Origin: Planctomycetia bacterium TMED53
GTDB lineage: Bacteria > Planctomycetota > UBA8108 > UBA1146
Direction of reading: 5' to 3'
DNA length: 64,000 nucleotides
Assembly: GCA_002167285.1 (NCBI GenBank)
Contig: NHDG01000117.1
Span: forward strand, 2,188-66,187
The notes beneath the pieces were generated by a model. That model saw only the letters and a list, made by a program, of their open reading frames with translations, was not told the origin of the DNA and made no database searches. Below are positions 9,842 through 19,498 of this stretch, in pieces (position 1 is the stretch's first letter; each line of letters starts with the position of its first letter). Made by a program: the position numbers and the translations under genes.

Positions 9842-10302
9842 CGCCGCTGACCTGGATTAGGGGTTTCGGTCGAATCTTGTAAGGGCGTTTCGACCCCTGC
9901 TTCACGGGCATGCTCGTGGAAGGAGTCTCTCAAGTCGTCCAGATTTTGCTCTTCAAAGGTGTATTCGAGGACGTGTTCGACAGGAATGGTGCCGGGCCAG
10001 AGGACTTCCGAGATGAAGTCCAGAGGGAAGACCTGGTGCCATGGACGACTTAAGCGGATCTTTTCACGGATCGGCTTGAGGGAACGTGCGCCTCGTAACT
10101 CGCTCTCCTCCATACGAATCTGGAGATCCCAGGTCCCATAGAAGTCAAAGGGGATCGTTGCAGGAGTGACTCCCTTGTCCTGCCCATTGAGAAAGACCCG
10201 TGCGCCTTCTGGTTCCGTCCGAATTTGCAGAGTGCGTTCGACGCAACCACAGAGCAGCGGCAGTGAAAGAGAAATCAGCAGCATTGGCAATAATCTGGAC
10301 AT
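9838..10302 (-). CDS. PEGA-domain lipoprotein
   Basis: Lipobox LPLLCGC follows ATG 10302, and the PEGA motif is present (PEGARVFLNGQDKGVTPA). The longest ORF extends to 10395, so the start is uncertain. The stop overlaps the murD start by 4 nt. Confidence 0.6.
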   Translation of the reverse strand: MSRLLPMLLISLSLPLLCGCVERTLQIRTEPEGARVFLNGQDKGVTPATIPFDFYGTWDLQIRMEESELRGARSLKPIREKIRLSRPWHQVFPLDFISEVLWPGTIPVEHVLEYTFEEQNLDDLRDSFHEHAREAGVETPLQDSTETPNPGQRR

Positions 10303-10444
10303 AGGGGTCAACGCCTTCCTCTTGAGGTAGTATCCGGGCCGATACCTCACCTGCGCCATGCTAACTCTCGGTTTAGCTGCGACAAAGGCCTTCACTGGAG
10401 TCCTTCATGGAAGGGGATTAACTTGTTCTGCGAGAGGCGGATCG

Positions 10445-10858
10445 ATGGCTAAGCCGTGGTGGAAAGATGGACTTCCCTTCAAATGCACGCAATGCGGGCA
10501 CTGTTGTCGAATTGAAGGCTACGTTTGGGTCAATCAGAAGGAGATCGAAGCTTTGGCGAAGCAGCTTGAAATGTCTCCGGAAGATTTTGAATGGAAATAT
10601 GTCCGCAGGGTGGGCAGGCGTAAGAGCCTGATCGAAAAGCCGAACCATGAATGCATCTTTTGGGAAGACGGCTGCAGCGTCTATGAATCCCGACCGACCC
10701 AATGCAAAACCTTTCCCTTTTGGAATCAGAATTTAGAATCGATGGAGGACTGGCTCGAAGTCGTCGAAGAGTGCCCAGGGTCCGGAACTGGGGTGGTCTA
10801 TACAGCGGAAGAAATTGAAGAGCTGCGGAAAGGGCACGGGCAGACCAACAAAAAATAA
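10445..10858 (+). CDS. YkgJ-family (UPF0153) cysteine-cluster protein
   Basis: CxxCGxCC motif (CTQCGHCC) plus a second Cys cluster (CIFWEDGCSVYESRPTQC). Start taken at ATG 10445; the longest ORF begins at 10358. Confidence 0.6.
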   Translation: MAKPWWKDGLPFKCTQCGHCCRIEGYVWVNQKEIEALAKQLEMSPEDFEWKYVRRVGRRKSLIEKPNHECIFWEDGCSVYESRPTQCKTFPFWNQNLESMEDWLEVVEECPGSGTGVVYTAEEIEELRKGHGQTNKK

Positions 10859-10882
10859 GCCGACAATATCGAGTCGGCGATT

Positions 10883-11779
10883 TTATTGAGCACAGATCCT
10901 TGCCAAATCACGGAGTAACACAAAGCCGGAATTGTCTTCGCCCCACGAGGTGTCCCGTTGTTCTTTGGTGATGACACAAAGAGAAAAGGGGCCAGAGGGG
11001 GACATCGCCAAGATCACTTCGGAGCGGCTTCGATTGACCGCGCCCTGTTTGGAATAAACGGTAACTTCAGGCGGGAACGCCGAGAGCATTTCTTCTCGCC
11101 AGTAGCTGCTATTCATCAGTTTGAGCATCAACTCATCCCAAGGAGAGCCGATGCATTCCCGGGAGTAGAGGCTTTCGACCATGCGGGTCATCTCCCTGGG
11201 CGTCGTCTGGCCCCAGCCCCACTGCTTGTAATCATCTTCGCGGCCCGGCGTCCTCGAATTGACGTAGGTGTTTGGGTAACCATTCTGCTGTAACCAACGA
11301 TTGATAGTCAGACCTGTTCCTGCAAGTTCCTGGCACCAGAGTGAGGCGGTGTTGTCACTGTAGCGGATCATCAAGTCTGCAAGTTTGGAGAGGGCGATCT
11401 TTTCGCCATCTTGAAAGGAAGCGAGCAGGTCTTCGCCGGCATACCGACGAGCGATTTTGTAGGTTCGTTTTTCATGCCAATCGAGTTCACCCTTAGAGAC
11501 CCGATCCAGCAGCGCAAACAGGATGGGTAACTTTACCAAACTTGCCGTGGGGAAGGTTTCGTCTGCACGTATAGAAATCTCTTCACCACTGCCCAGGTGG
11601 TGATAGTGGACTCCGACGACCCCTTCAAATTGGGCGATTCGATTTTCGATCTGCGATTGGAGCAGTTTTTGATCGGGGGCAGACTTCAGGGGTAGCCCTT
11701 GGCAGCCGATAACGATGAGAAGGCCGACCAAGCCAAGAGTGCGAAGAGCCTGGATCAGGGCTTTGTTGATAGCGCTCAA
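10883..11779 (-). CDS. Class A beta-lactamase-related serine hydrolase, lipoprotein
   Basis: Lipobox VIGCQG, SxxK (ASLVK), SDN (YSDNTA) and a KTG-like triad (SKQG). Confidence 0.65.
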   Translation of the reverse strand: MSAINKALIQALRTLGLVGLLIVIGCQGLPLKSAPDQKLLQSQIENRIAQFEGVVGVHYHHLGSGEEISIRADETFPTASLVKLPILFALLDRVSKGELDWHEKRTYKIARRYAGEDLLASFQDGEKIALSKLADLMIRYSDNTASLWCQELAGTGLTINRWLQQNGYPNTYVNSRTPGREDDYKQWGWGQTTPREMTRMVESLYSRECIGSPWDELMLKLMNSSYWREEMLSAFPPEVTVYSKQGAVNRSRSEVILAMSPSGPFSLCVITKEQRDTSWGEDNSGFVLLRDLARICAQ

Positions 11780-11908
11780 AATGGTTCCTTCCTGGGTTCG
11801 GGGGGGAGGATACCTGAAAACAGGATAATTCCCCGATTTCTCTCAAGAGTCCAGTCCCCGTTGACGATGACGGTTATGGAGACTTGAACTCCGAGAGAGG
11901 ATCGAACG

Positions 11909-12577
11909 ATGAATAGTTCAAACACCCTAATGGTGGCCCTGGTTGCCATGCTGCTGCTGGCAGGCTGTGCTGGTTCTGAGAAAGTGATTTCCAGTAGCCA
12001 GCAGATCATCACCGAGAACGAGGAAGGTCGCTCGACCATCGTCGACGTCAAAATTGACAAGTACGAGAAGTTGGCGCGGGATTTCCCGAAAGAACCTCGT
12101 TATCAAGAGCGTTTGGCCCGTTACTACTGGGAGAAGAGGGATCATCAGAGTGCCTTGGCTGCTTTGAAAAAAGCTCGTCGCATCGATCCCAACAATCCTA
12201 GATACGATTACCTTGCAGCTCAAATTTACAAGAGTCTTGGTAGCTATACTGCTGCTGAAAGATCTTATCTTGCACTGATCGAATCGACCGGCGATCAAAA
12301 GTACAGCGGACCGTTGATTGAACTGGCCCAGTTGTACGTGGATATGGATCGACTCGATCTGGCCCGTAAGTATCTGGACCTTTGCCTCGAAGTTGACCCG
12401 ACATTCGGCGAGCCCCATTACTGGATTGCGACCATCTACCTGAAACAAGGGCGTCGTGATTTAGCCATCAGGAGTTATGAGCGTTACTTGCGCGTCGGAA
12501 ACTCTGCGCGCCAGGAAGAAGTTCTGCAAACTCTTCAGGCTCTCCAACCAGATCTGCGAATTCACGACATTCGCTGA
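11909..12577 (+). CDS. TPR-repeat lipoprotein
   Basis: Lipobox LLAGCAGS and several TPR-like helices (ALAALKKARRIDPNNPRYDYLAAQIYKSLG, LARKYLDLCLEVDPTFGEPHYWIATIYLKQG). Confidence 0.7.
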   Translation: MNSSNTLMVALVAMLLLAGCAGSEKVISSSQQIITENEEGRSTIVDVKIDKYEKLARDFPKEPRYQERLARYYWEKRDHQSALAALKKARRIDPNNPRYDYLAAQIYKSLGSYTAAERSYLALIESTGDQKYSGPLIELAQLYVDMDRLDLARKYLDLCLEVDPTFGEPHYWIATIYLKQGRRDLAIRSYERYLRVGNSARQEEVLQTLQALQPDLRIHDIR

Positions 12578-12600
12578 TCCTAAAACAGCCCTCTCTTCTC

Positions 12601-12645
12601 GGCGGAGGAATGGCACAGCGTGCCGGTCCTCCGCCGTATTTTTTT
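12601..12645 (+). terminator. Rho-independent terminator after the TPR gene
   Basis: A 9-bp GC-rich stem, ggcggagga (12601-12609) / tcctccgcc (12627-12635), followed by a T7 run at 12639-12645. Confidence 0.7.
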
Positions 12646-13040
12646 GTGTTCCAGCTATGTAAAAGATGAGGAGTTTGGCAAAGAAATTTGTCAAAAAAAT
12701 AGAGCCGGAGGGAACCAGGTTCCCTCCGACCCGTGAGGAGGTGTGTCTAATATTGAAACGAATCACAGTGTGGAGATGTTCCCCAAATCACCTAATCCGC
12801 GGGATTTTGTCGCTCAATTTCAGTAACCCCTTCAGCGAGAAGAGGTGCCATCCTCATTGAGGCTTCAAAATCCAGCGCGCTGCAGCTGGTGCTCGTAGCA
12901 ATCTTATATTGCTGGGCTTACACAGACCTGGGCGCGCGATTTACTAAAACACGAAGCACGAAAAACGACTCATTACAAAGTTCTAATTGAGCTGATTTCA
13001 GAACTTTGGAAACGATCAGTAAGATCAAATCCGCTCTTGC

Positions 13041-13994
13041 TTATTCGCTCTTGAACTTGCGGAGGTGGTGGGTCATGACCCATGCTCTCTCCACGAAGTC
13101 GGCCGAGAGTATGAGGGGTGGCAACTCAGAACGCAAGAACTGCAGACGGATATGCTCAGAAGAATCGATAAAGTATTGGCAGAAGATGGTCTGGATTTCT
13201 GTAAAATCCATCGTCGCATCGACTTTGTCAGAGAGTTTGACCAAAGCAAAATCACCGTTATTGATACTTCTAACCGTATCGAAGACGACAATTTCCTGAT
13301 TTTTGAAGGAGGGGTATCCCGCCCCAGCCATCGCATCTCCACAAACGCGAAGTGCATAACTTGTGGAAGAATCAGTGCCCGGAATTTTTATCCAATCCTC
13401 AACGATACCGTTGGGGATGTTTCGTGAATCGATCTCAACAGGATATGGATTCTCTTCGTCATGGATGAGTGGGATGCCTTCTCCACTGTCGGTAGAGCTC
13501 GATTCAACCTTTTTGATTTCAAGTTCAACGTTGTCCAATTTTTCTTCCGCAAGGGTGATCAAATCGAGGGGAGCTAATCCCAGTGCCTTGCAGGCATTGC
13601 GAATATAATCTGATTCGAGTCCACTTCTCCGGCCCTCTTCAACAGAGACCGCATAGGCTTTGGAAACACCGGCTCTGCGAGCCAGATCCTCGACAGTCAG
13701 ATGCTTTTGTCTTCTCGCGGATCGAATCACTTTACCGATAGAAGATCGGAATGGGGCGGCGGCGGATCGCGCCAGGGAGCGGATCTCCTGACCATCCGTA
13801 TCGTCGATCAATTGGGAAGGCGCCACATTGAGGGCCTTGGCGATTCGCGTCAGTACTTCACTGTTGATGCGTCTTTGACCACTTTCGAGGCGACTCATTT
13901 GCGAAGCGGAAAGCCCTATCTTTTGAGCGAGGTCCTTTGCGGTGATTCCAGATTCCTCACGCAGCTTTTTGATGATCTCACCAATTTTATTCAT
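13041..13994 (-). CDS. XRE-family regulator with two HTH domains and a C-terminal S24 (LexA/CI)-like domain lacking the catalytic Ser
   Basis: HTH1 is ITAKDLAQKIGLSASQMSRLESG and HTH2 is LTVEDLARRAGVSKAYAVSVEEG. The C-terminal YALRVCGDAMAGAGYPSF..EIVVFD..NGDFALVKL resembles the S24 GDSM..VVV..G core, but with Ala (codon 13332-13334) in place of the nucleophile Ser. Confidence 0.7.
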   Translation of the reverse strand: MNKIGEIIKKLREESGITAKDLAQKIGLSASQMSRLESGQRRINSEVLTRIAKALNVAPSQLIDDTDGQEIRSLARSAAAPFRSSIGKVIRSARRQKHLTVEDLARRAGVSKAYAVSVEEGRRSGLESDYIRNACKALGLAPLDLITLAEEKLDNVELEIKKVESSSTDSGEGIPLIHDEENPYPVEIDSRNIPNGIVEDWIKIPGTDSSTSYALRVCGDAMAGAGYPSFKNQEIVVFDTVRSINNGDFALVKLSDKVDATMDFTEIQTIFCQYFIDSSEHIRLQFLRSELPPLILSADFVERAWVMTHHLRKFKSE

Positions 13995-14923
13995 TCGGCG
14001 ATCCCTGCGCTTTGAATCAAAAATAGAGATGAAATCATGATCGAGTTGAAAAAGGTATGAAACAAAATGACGGTCAATAGGCTTCCCGTGCGGTTGTAGA
14101 GCAAGGCCAGAGCGACACCTAAAGCTGCGATCGGAAAGATGCTGGCGAGGGAATCATGCACTACTCCAAAGATGACTCCGGATAAAACTGCGGACGCGAT
14201 GACCGAGCGGTAACCGAGCAACCATCGAAAGAGTAATCCCCTGAAGAGAAGTTCTTCGAGCCAAGGTGCTATGAGGATGATATTGATCACCAAAAAGGTA
14301 ATCAGCGAATAATCCCCCTCTTCGACAGCCTCACCAAATAGGGAGATCGCTATTTGAGGATTGAGCTCATGACCAAACGCCGTCAATACCGCTGACCAAA
14401 TTAAAGCGAGAAAGAGGTGGATCGGTAGCCATGCCAAACAAGCGAATAGGCCGCTTTTAAGACATGAGCTCACCGTTGAGTTGGTCCCCAGGAGGAAGGA
14501 GCTTGCCGTGGGATTTCTTCGCTGCCAAAGGCTTACATAGAACAGAATCAAAAGGATCAGAAGCCCATTAAGGATCATTGATGCCATGAAGAGAGGACGT
14601 GCTTGATCACGAGTCAGTAGAGGCGCGCTGGGTCCCTTATTCGAAGGCTCTTCTGTTACCTCTTGCTCCGATTCCGCAGGAGTTGCTTCTGTTTCTGTTA
14701 GGGCAGAACCCCCGGTGAGTTCGGACGTCTGTTCTAAATCTATAGTCGGGTCGGGCAACTCGGCGGAGTTGAGGGCCAGAGCTCCAGCCACAAATTGCAG
14801 AACCAGATACAAGCCGAAAAAGAGCAAGACCTGTGAGCCTGCCCACGGAGCAGTTGGATCTTTAGGGGATTGCGACAAAGGGCCAGGCTTCAGGAGACCA
14901 AAGCTTTTGGCAGATGAGTTCAT
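13991..14923 (-). CDS. CPBP (CAAX/Abi) family intramembrane glutamic endopeptidase
   Basis: EExxxR motif ([10 protein letters not shown]), FGVVH and HTFFN motifs, multi-TM. ATG 14923 overlaps the thiG stop (ATGA), and its own stop overlaps the XRE start. Confidence 0.8.
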   Translation of the reverse strand: MNSSAKSFGLLKPGPLSQSPKDPTAPWAGSQVLLFFGLYLVLQFVAGALALNSAELPDPTIDLEQTSELTGGSALTETEATPAESEQEVTEEPSNKGPSAPLLTRDQARPLFMASMILNGLLILLILFYVSLWQRRNPTASSFLLGTNSTVSSCLKSGLFACLAWLPIHLFLALIWSAVLTAFGHELNPQIAISLFGEAVEEGDYSLITFLVINIILIAPWLEELLFRGLLFRWLLGYRSVIASAVLSGVIFGVVHDSLASIFPIAALGVALALLYNRTGSLLTVILFHTFFNSIMISSLFLIQSAGIAE

Positions 14924-15735
14924 TCGCCAAGAACTCCTTCGGTGGGACTGGATGCCTGGGCATAACGACGTTTGGCAATCCTGCCTGCTCGCGCAGCGAA
15001 CCAACCCGCATCGAGGGCATGTCGCATGGCGTGAGCCATGGCAACAGGATCTTTAGCACCTGCAATTCCGGTGTTGAGGAGAACGCCTTCCGCGCCTAGT
15101 TCCATGGCGATGGTGACATCACTAGCGGTACCCACTCCTGCATCGATGATCACCGGAACATCGAGTTGTTCGAGGATGATGGAGAGGTTGTTGGAGTTGA
15201 GGATCCCCTGACCACTGCCAATCGGTGATCCCGCAGGCATCACCGAGGTTGCTCCCGCATCTTGAAGGCGCAGTGCGAGAACCGGATCATCGCTGCTGTA
15301 GACCAAAACCTTAAACCCGTCAGCGACCAATTCCCTACACGCTTCGAGGGTACCGACAGGATCTGGAAGTAGTGTTTTGCGATCGCCAAGGACTTCCAAC
15401 TTGACCCAATCTCCCAAGCCGAGTTCCCGGGAAAGTTGGCATACCCGGATGGCGTCTTCCGCATTGAAGCAGCCGGCAGTATTGGGGAGCAGAAAGTATT
15501 TTTCACGGTCGAGCTGTGCAAGCAGGTTATCACCGCTATTGAGGTCTACCCGACGAATGGCGACCGTTACCACTTCGCAGCCGGAGGCTTCCAGAGCAGC
15601 ATTCATCGTTTCAGCATCGCTGTATTTGCCGGTGCCGACAAAGAGCCTCGATCTGAATGTACGATCGCCAAGGGTCAGGGGGGTGGGGGTGTTGTGTGTT
15701 TGGGTGTTACCGGGAACGGTTTCGCTGGAACCCAT
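14920..15735 (-). CDS. thiG: Thiazole synthase
   Basis: Full-length ThiG-like sequence (LFVGTGKY..., [21 protein letters not shown]), directly downstream of thiS. Confidence 0.9.
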   Translation of the reverse strand: MGSSETVPGNTQTHNTPTPLTLGDRTFRSRLFVGTGKYSDAETMNAALEASGCEVVTVAIRRVDLNSGDNLLAQLDREKYFLLPNTAGCFNAEDAIRVCQLSRELGLGDWVKLEVLGDRKTLLPDPVGTLEACRELVADGFKVLVYSSDDPVLALRLQDAGATSVMPAGSPIGSGQGILNSNNLSIILEQLDVPVIIDAGVGTASDVTIAMELGAEGVLLNTGIAGAKDPVAMAHAMRHALDAGWFAARAGRIAKRRYAQASSPTEGVLGE

Positions 15736-15737
15736 GT

Positions 15738-15959
15738 TTATCCTCCTCCGACGATGGTCACCACTTCAATATGATCGCCCGCTTCAATGATCGTTTCAGC
15801 ATGCAGTGAACGAGGGACGATCTTTTTGTTGCGTTCAACTGCGACAGCGATGGGGTTGATCGGCAAAGAGTTCACCAGATCGAGGACCGATGTTTCGGCC
15901 TCGATCTGGTGAACCTCGCCATTCAGTTGAATCTCAAATCGATTCGATTGATTTGACAT
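15738..15959 (-). CDS. thiS: Sulfur-carrier protein ThiS
   Basis: 73-aa ubiquitin-like protein ending in ...VTIVGGG (C-terminal Gly-Gly), 2 nt upstream of thiG. Confidence 0.8.
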   Translation of the reverse strand: MSNQSNRFEIQLNGEVHQIEAETSVLDLVNSLPINPIAVAVERNKKIVPRSLHAETIIEAGDHIEVVTIVGGG

Positions 15960-15971
15960 CGACCATCACCG

Positions 15972-17564
15972 TCAGTTGGAGGCACGTGCAAATCGGTAGT
16001 AGACCTCAAGGGTCATCGCACCGATGGCGGTGTTGTAGACTCGGCCTCCTGCAATACCCCATTCACCGATGGGATCCCAAGAGCCGTCTTCACAACCACC
16101 GACACGCTGGTTCTTGACGAGTGCATCGATCATCGCCTCATTCCACTCACGCCACTTACTACCGCCGATTTGGAACATGGCATAGGTCGCGTAGTACCAG
16201 TAGTAGAGGTTGATCTTCGACTTGCGCTTGCCCTCTTGTGGACGCCATTCCGGAATTTCATCCATCAAGACATTGGTTCCTGCTTTGATCGCTTCAGTGT
16301 TGGTCTTCTCGCCAGAGAAGATACGGCAGAGCACACCCACAGCAGTCATACAGGAGAGATCCTTCGAGTAGGGGTAAGGCTCTGGGTAAGAGGCTTGCAA
16401 TCTTGAGCCTTCGTCACCAGGGTTCTCGTATCCACAAATCCCGGAGCGTGCGGTACAAGATTCGAACCACTTGAGTGCACCTTCGAAGGCTGGGTTGAAG
16501 TCCTTGGTTTTGACTTTGATATAGCGCGACTGTGCGCAAACCTTGGCGGTTTTGAGCGCGAGCACCATCCAACCGGTTACCGAAGTGTCATTACGGCCCG
16601 CCTGGTAGTCGTACTTCCAGCCGTATCCGGGATTCTGTGAGTTCAAGCACCACTTCGTAGCCCGCGCCACCGAGTTGGACAGCTTGATCTTGTCCTGCGA
16701 CATCAACAGGAGTTCGCTCATCGCCATCGTCGCGATGGCGTGGTTGTAGATCCACTCATCGGTGTCCTCTTGGGGCATACCGTAGAGACCATTCAGCTTC
16801 GGATCTGCGTTTTTGACCTGTTGCTTGAGCATCCAATCCATCGCCTTGCGCATGACGATGACGAAATCGGGGAACTCACCACTTTCGTGGGTGTGACCAA
16901 AGCCGAGGAAGGCAAGCATGGCGAGAGCTGTGACTCCGACATCGTAACCTTCGAAACCGTCACCTTGTTCCTGCTCACAACCATCTGGTCGCAGGAATCC
17001 ATTCGATGACCAGTGTCCATCCGGATGCTGATGACGCTTGAGCCAATACAGCGCTGCAAGAACGGCGCTCTCGGTCGCTTCACTACCACCTTCTCGTGAC
17101 AAGGAACCTTTGCCGAAGCGGTTTCCGTAAGCACCGGCACCTGCTCCAGTCATGCCGAAGGCATCGTTGAGCTGGTTTTTGATGTTCTTGTTGGTCTTAT
17201 TGTTCTTGCTGGTTCCTTTGGGTGTCCGACTGATCTTGTCGGGCTTGAGCATCTTGATCGGATCCGTCTTTTGTTTTTCGAGGATCTCCGGTTTGCGCTC
17301 GATATCCCTCTTTTTGGTCGGGTCGTACTTTGGAGGTTTGATCTCCTTTTTGACGATGGTCTTGCGCTGTTCCTTCTCCTCTTTGACTTCGAGGATGACG
17401 ACCGTTCCGAGGATCGAAAGAACGATGACGTGGAAGGCTGCGGAGATGGCCCAGTAGGGAGTATTACTCAACCAACCGGTGTTCGTCGGCTCTTCGTAAT
17501 CGTCTTCGTACTCGTCTTCGTATTCCTGATTCATGTCGCTCTCTTTCTTTCCGGAAAGATCCAT
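15972..17564 (-). CDS. Membrane-anchored prenyltransferase/squalene-oxidase-repeat (alpha/alpha-toroid) protein
   Basis: Highly acidic N-terminus (EYEDEYEDDYEE), one TM segment, a Lys-rich linker, then repeats such as AALYWLKRHQHPDGHWS, GYGWKYDY and CEDGSWDP. These resemble terpene cyclase / prenyltransferase repeats as I recall them. Confidence 0.5.
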   Translation of the reverse strand: MDLSGKKESDMNQEYEDEYEDDYEEPTNTGWLSNTPYWAISAAFHVIVLSILGTVVILEVKEEKEQRKTIVKKEIKPPKYDPTKKRDIERKPEILEKQKTDPIKMLKPDKISRTPKGTSKNNKTNKNIKNQLNDAFGMTGAGAGAYGNRFGKGSLSREGGSEATESAVLAALYWLKRHQHPDGHWSSNGFLRPDGCEQEQGDGFEGYDVGVTALAMLAFLGFGHTHESGEFPDFVIVMRKAMDWMLKQQVKNADPKLNGLYGMPQEDTDEWIYNHAIATMAMSELLLMSQDKIKLSNSVARATKWCLNSQNPGYGWKYDYQAGRNDTSVTGWMVLALKTAKVCAQSRYIKVKTKDFNPAFEGALKWFESCTARSGICGYENPGDEGSRLQASYPEPYPYSKDLSCMTAVGVLCRIFSGEKTNTEAIKAGTNVLMDEIPEWRPQEGKRKSKINLYYWYYATYAMFQIGGSKWREWNEAMIDALVKNQRVGGCEDGSWDPIGEWGIAGGRVYNTAIGAMTLEVYYRFARASN

Positions 17565-17615
17565 TGGAAGCTATCCGATGGTCAGAATCGAGAATATCTG
17601 CAATTGTCAAAATGG

Positions 17616-17652
17616 CAAGAGGCGAGTTGCCAAATAGGCAACTCGCCTCTTG
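17616..17652 (-). terminator. Rho-independent terminator after hemF
   Basis: Perfect 16-bp inverted repeat, caagaggcgagttgcc (17616-17631) / ggcaactcgcctcttg (17637-17652), with a 5-nt loop. On the minus strand it is followed by CCATTTTGAC. Confidence 0.65.
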
Positions 17653-17682
17653 AATCGTCTTTCATCGCCAATTGGAGTGGTT

Positions 17683-18633
17683 TTAGACCTCAGGTGAGGT
17701 CATGGGATCTTCGCTGAGCCAGTCGCGAGGGCGCAGAAATGAAGCCAATTCAGCTTCGGCGGAATTTTCTTCAGGAGTCCACCCACTGTGCCAGCGGACC
17801 ACCGGTGGCAATGACATCAGGATCGCTTCCGTTCTTCCTCCGCTTTGAATTCCAAAGAGGGTTCCGCGATCAAAGAGCAGATTAAATTCGACGTAGCGCC
17901 CGCGCCGGTAGAGTTGGAATTGACGTTGATCTTCATCGTAATGCTCTTGGTGGCGTCGTTCGACGATGGGTTGATAGGCATCGAGGAATGCATTGCCCAC
18001 CGATTGAGTGATGTCACGGCAGCGATCGAACCCACCTTCATTTAAGTCGTCAAAAAAGAGTCCGCCAACTCCACGGGTTTCATCTCGGTGTGGCAGAAAG
18101 AAGTAACGATCACACCATGCTTTGAACTGTGGATACAAGTCGCTGCCATGAGGTTCGAGTGCGGCCTTGGCAGTTTCATGCCAATGACGGGCGTCTTCCA
18201 GGCGGGGGTAGTAAGGAGTCAGGTCAAATCCGCCGCCAAACCACCACACAGGTGGTTCTCCTTCTTTTTGAGCATGGAACAAGCGAACGTTCATATGTGA
18301 AGTTGGAATGTGAGGGTTGCGCGGATGGATCACAAGTGAGATTCCCATCGCTTCAAAACTGCGACCGGCTAACTCAGGCCGTTGAGCACTGGCAGTGGGC
18401 GGAAGTGCCGAGCCACTGACTTTCGAGAAGTTGACACCTGCTTGCTCGAAGATGGCTCCGTCTCTCAAGAGCCTACTCTCGCCTCCGCCACCTTCTTCCC
18501 GATCCCAAGATGTGGTTTCAAACGTGCTCTCTCCATCTTGGTTTTCGAGAGCTTGGCAAATGCGGGATTGCAAATCACGAAGCCACTCCTCGAATTGAGC
18601 AGCTGGGATCTGCGAGTCAGCAGAGAAATTCAT
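17683..18633 (-). CDS. hemF: Oxygen-dependent coproporphyrinogen III oxidase
   Basis: HemF motifs [22 protein letters not shown] and GTLFG. Start taken at ATG 18633 (MNFSADS...); the longest ORF extends to 18717. Confidence 0.9.
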   Translation of the reverse strand: MNFSADSQIPAAQFEEWLRDLQSRICQALENQDGESTFETTSWDREEGGGGESRLLRDGAIFEQAGVNFSKVSGSALPPTASAQRPELAGRSFEAMGISLVIHPRNPHIPTSHMNVRLFHAQKEGEPPVWWFGGGFDLTPYYPRLEDARHWHETAKAALEPHGSDLYPQFKAWCDRYFFLPHRDETRGVGGLFFDDLNEGGFDRCRDITQSVGNAFLDAYQPIVERRHQEHYDEDQRQFQLYRRGRYVEFNLLFDRGTLFGIQSGGRTEAILMSLPPVVRWHSGWTPEENSAEAELASFLRPRDWLSEDPMTSPEV

Positions 18634-19165
18634 CCGGGATCTCCATCCACTTCTGATGTGGAGTCGTGGCCTGATTGGGATTCTATGAAGAAAGTGCCCC
18701 TCGAAAGTTGGCAGCACAAGTCCTCCGCTTCGTTGCGGATCGGATTTCCTCGGCTCCGGTGGCGGGGAAGATCGGTGGGAATGACAATTTCCAGCTCAAA
18801 GTGGGGTTTTGAGACACTTTTGAAGGTATCTCAAAAATGCACTTTACATTTTATATGTTGCAAGGTAGATTCCTTTCGGTTCGGCGGTCGGAGAGAGTTG
18901 GGGAGTGGTCGAACCCGTAGAGTTTTTTTCCCCGAAGTTGACGCGGCGTACCTCTCTCCGACCTACATTTTTCCCCCTGTTGCCGCAGTCCGGGGTGAAA
19001 ACAAGCTTTGCCTTCCAAACGGCCCTCTCCGGGATCGACCCATTTCCGGAGGGGGCTCACGCCTTTTCCAGCCAGAATTCTCGTTAAACCTCCTCGTCAA
19101 CGTGTGGATATCTTGATCTCAAGGTATGATTCCAAGCTGTCGTTTGCTCTGAAGGGGGCGATTTT

Positions 19166-19498
19166 GTGAATTTGGATGCCAGGTATCAGACTGAACTCGT
19201 GGAGCTTCTGGAACCGGCGACCTTGTTGATCGTTTGGACCGATGGCCATGAGAGTCTTTACTCACACAGAGATCTCAGAGAATCCTGTGAGTGTGCCTCC
19301 TGTGTTGACGAATGGACTCGGCAGCCACTTCTCGATCCCGATTCGATCCCAGAGAGCCTTCGTTGTGTCGCTGTCGAAGCGACTGGAAGGTACGGCCTCA
19401 ACCTCAAATTTTCAGATGGACATGCCACTGGAATTTGGTCTCTTGAGAGATTGCGAAAGTCCTGCCCTTGTCCTGAATGTCTGGAGTCTTCCGCATGA
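19166..19498 (+). CDS. DUF971 (gamma-butyrobetaine hydroxylase N-terminal-like) protein
   Basis: Duplicated W.DGH....Y....LR..C.C..C pattern (IVWTDGHESLYSHRDLRESCECASC; KFSDGHATGIWSLERLRKSCPCPEC). Confidence 0.7.
   Translation: MNLDARYQTELVELLEPATLLIVWTDGHESLYSHRDLRESCECASCVDEWTRQPLLDPDSIPESLRCVAVEATGRYGLNLKFSDGHATGIWSLERLRKSCPCPECLESSA

Noticed and set aside
15960-17615. TPP (THI-box) riboswitch expected upstream of thiS-thiG.
   Set aside because: thiS is only 12 nt from the preceding ORF. In the 17565..17615 leader I found no CTGAGA...ACCTGATCTGGATAATGCCAGCG-like element. A covariance-model scan would be needed to be certain.
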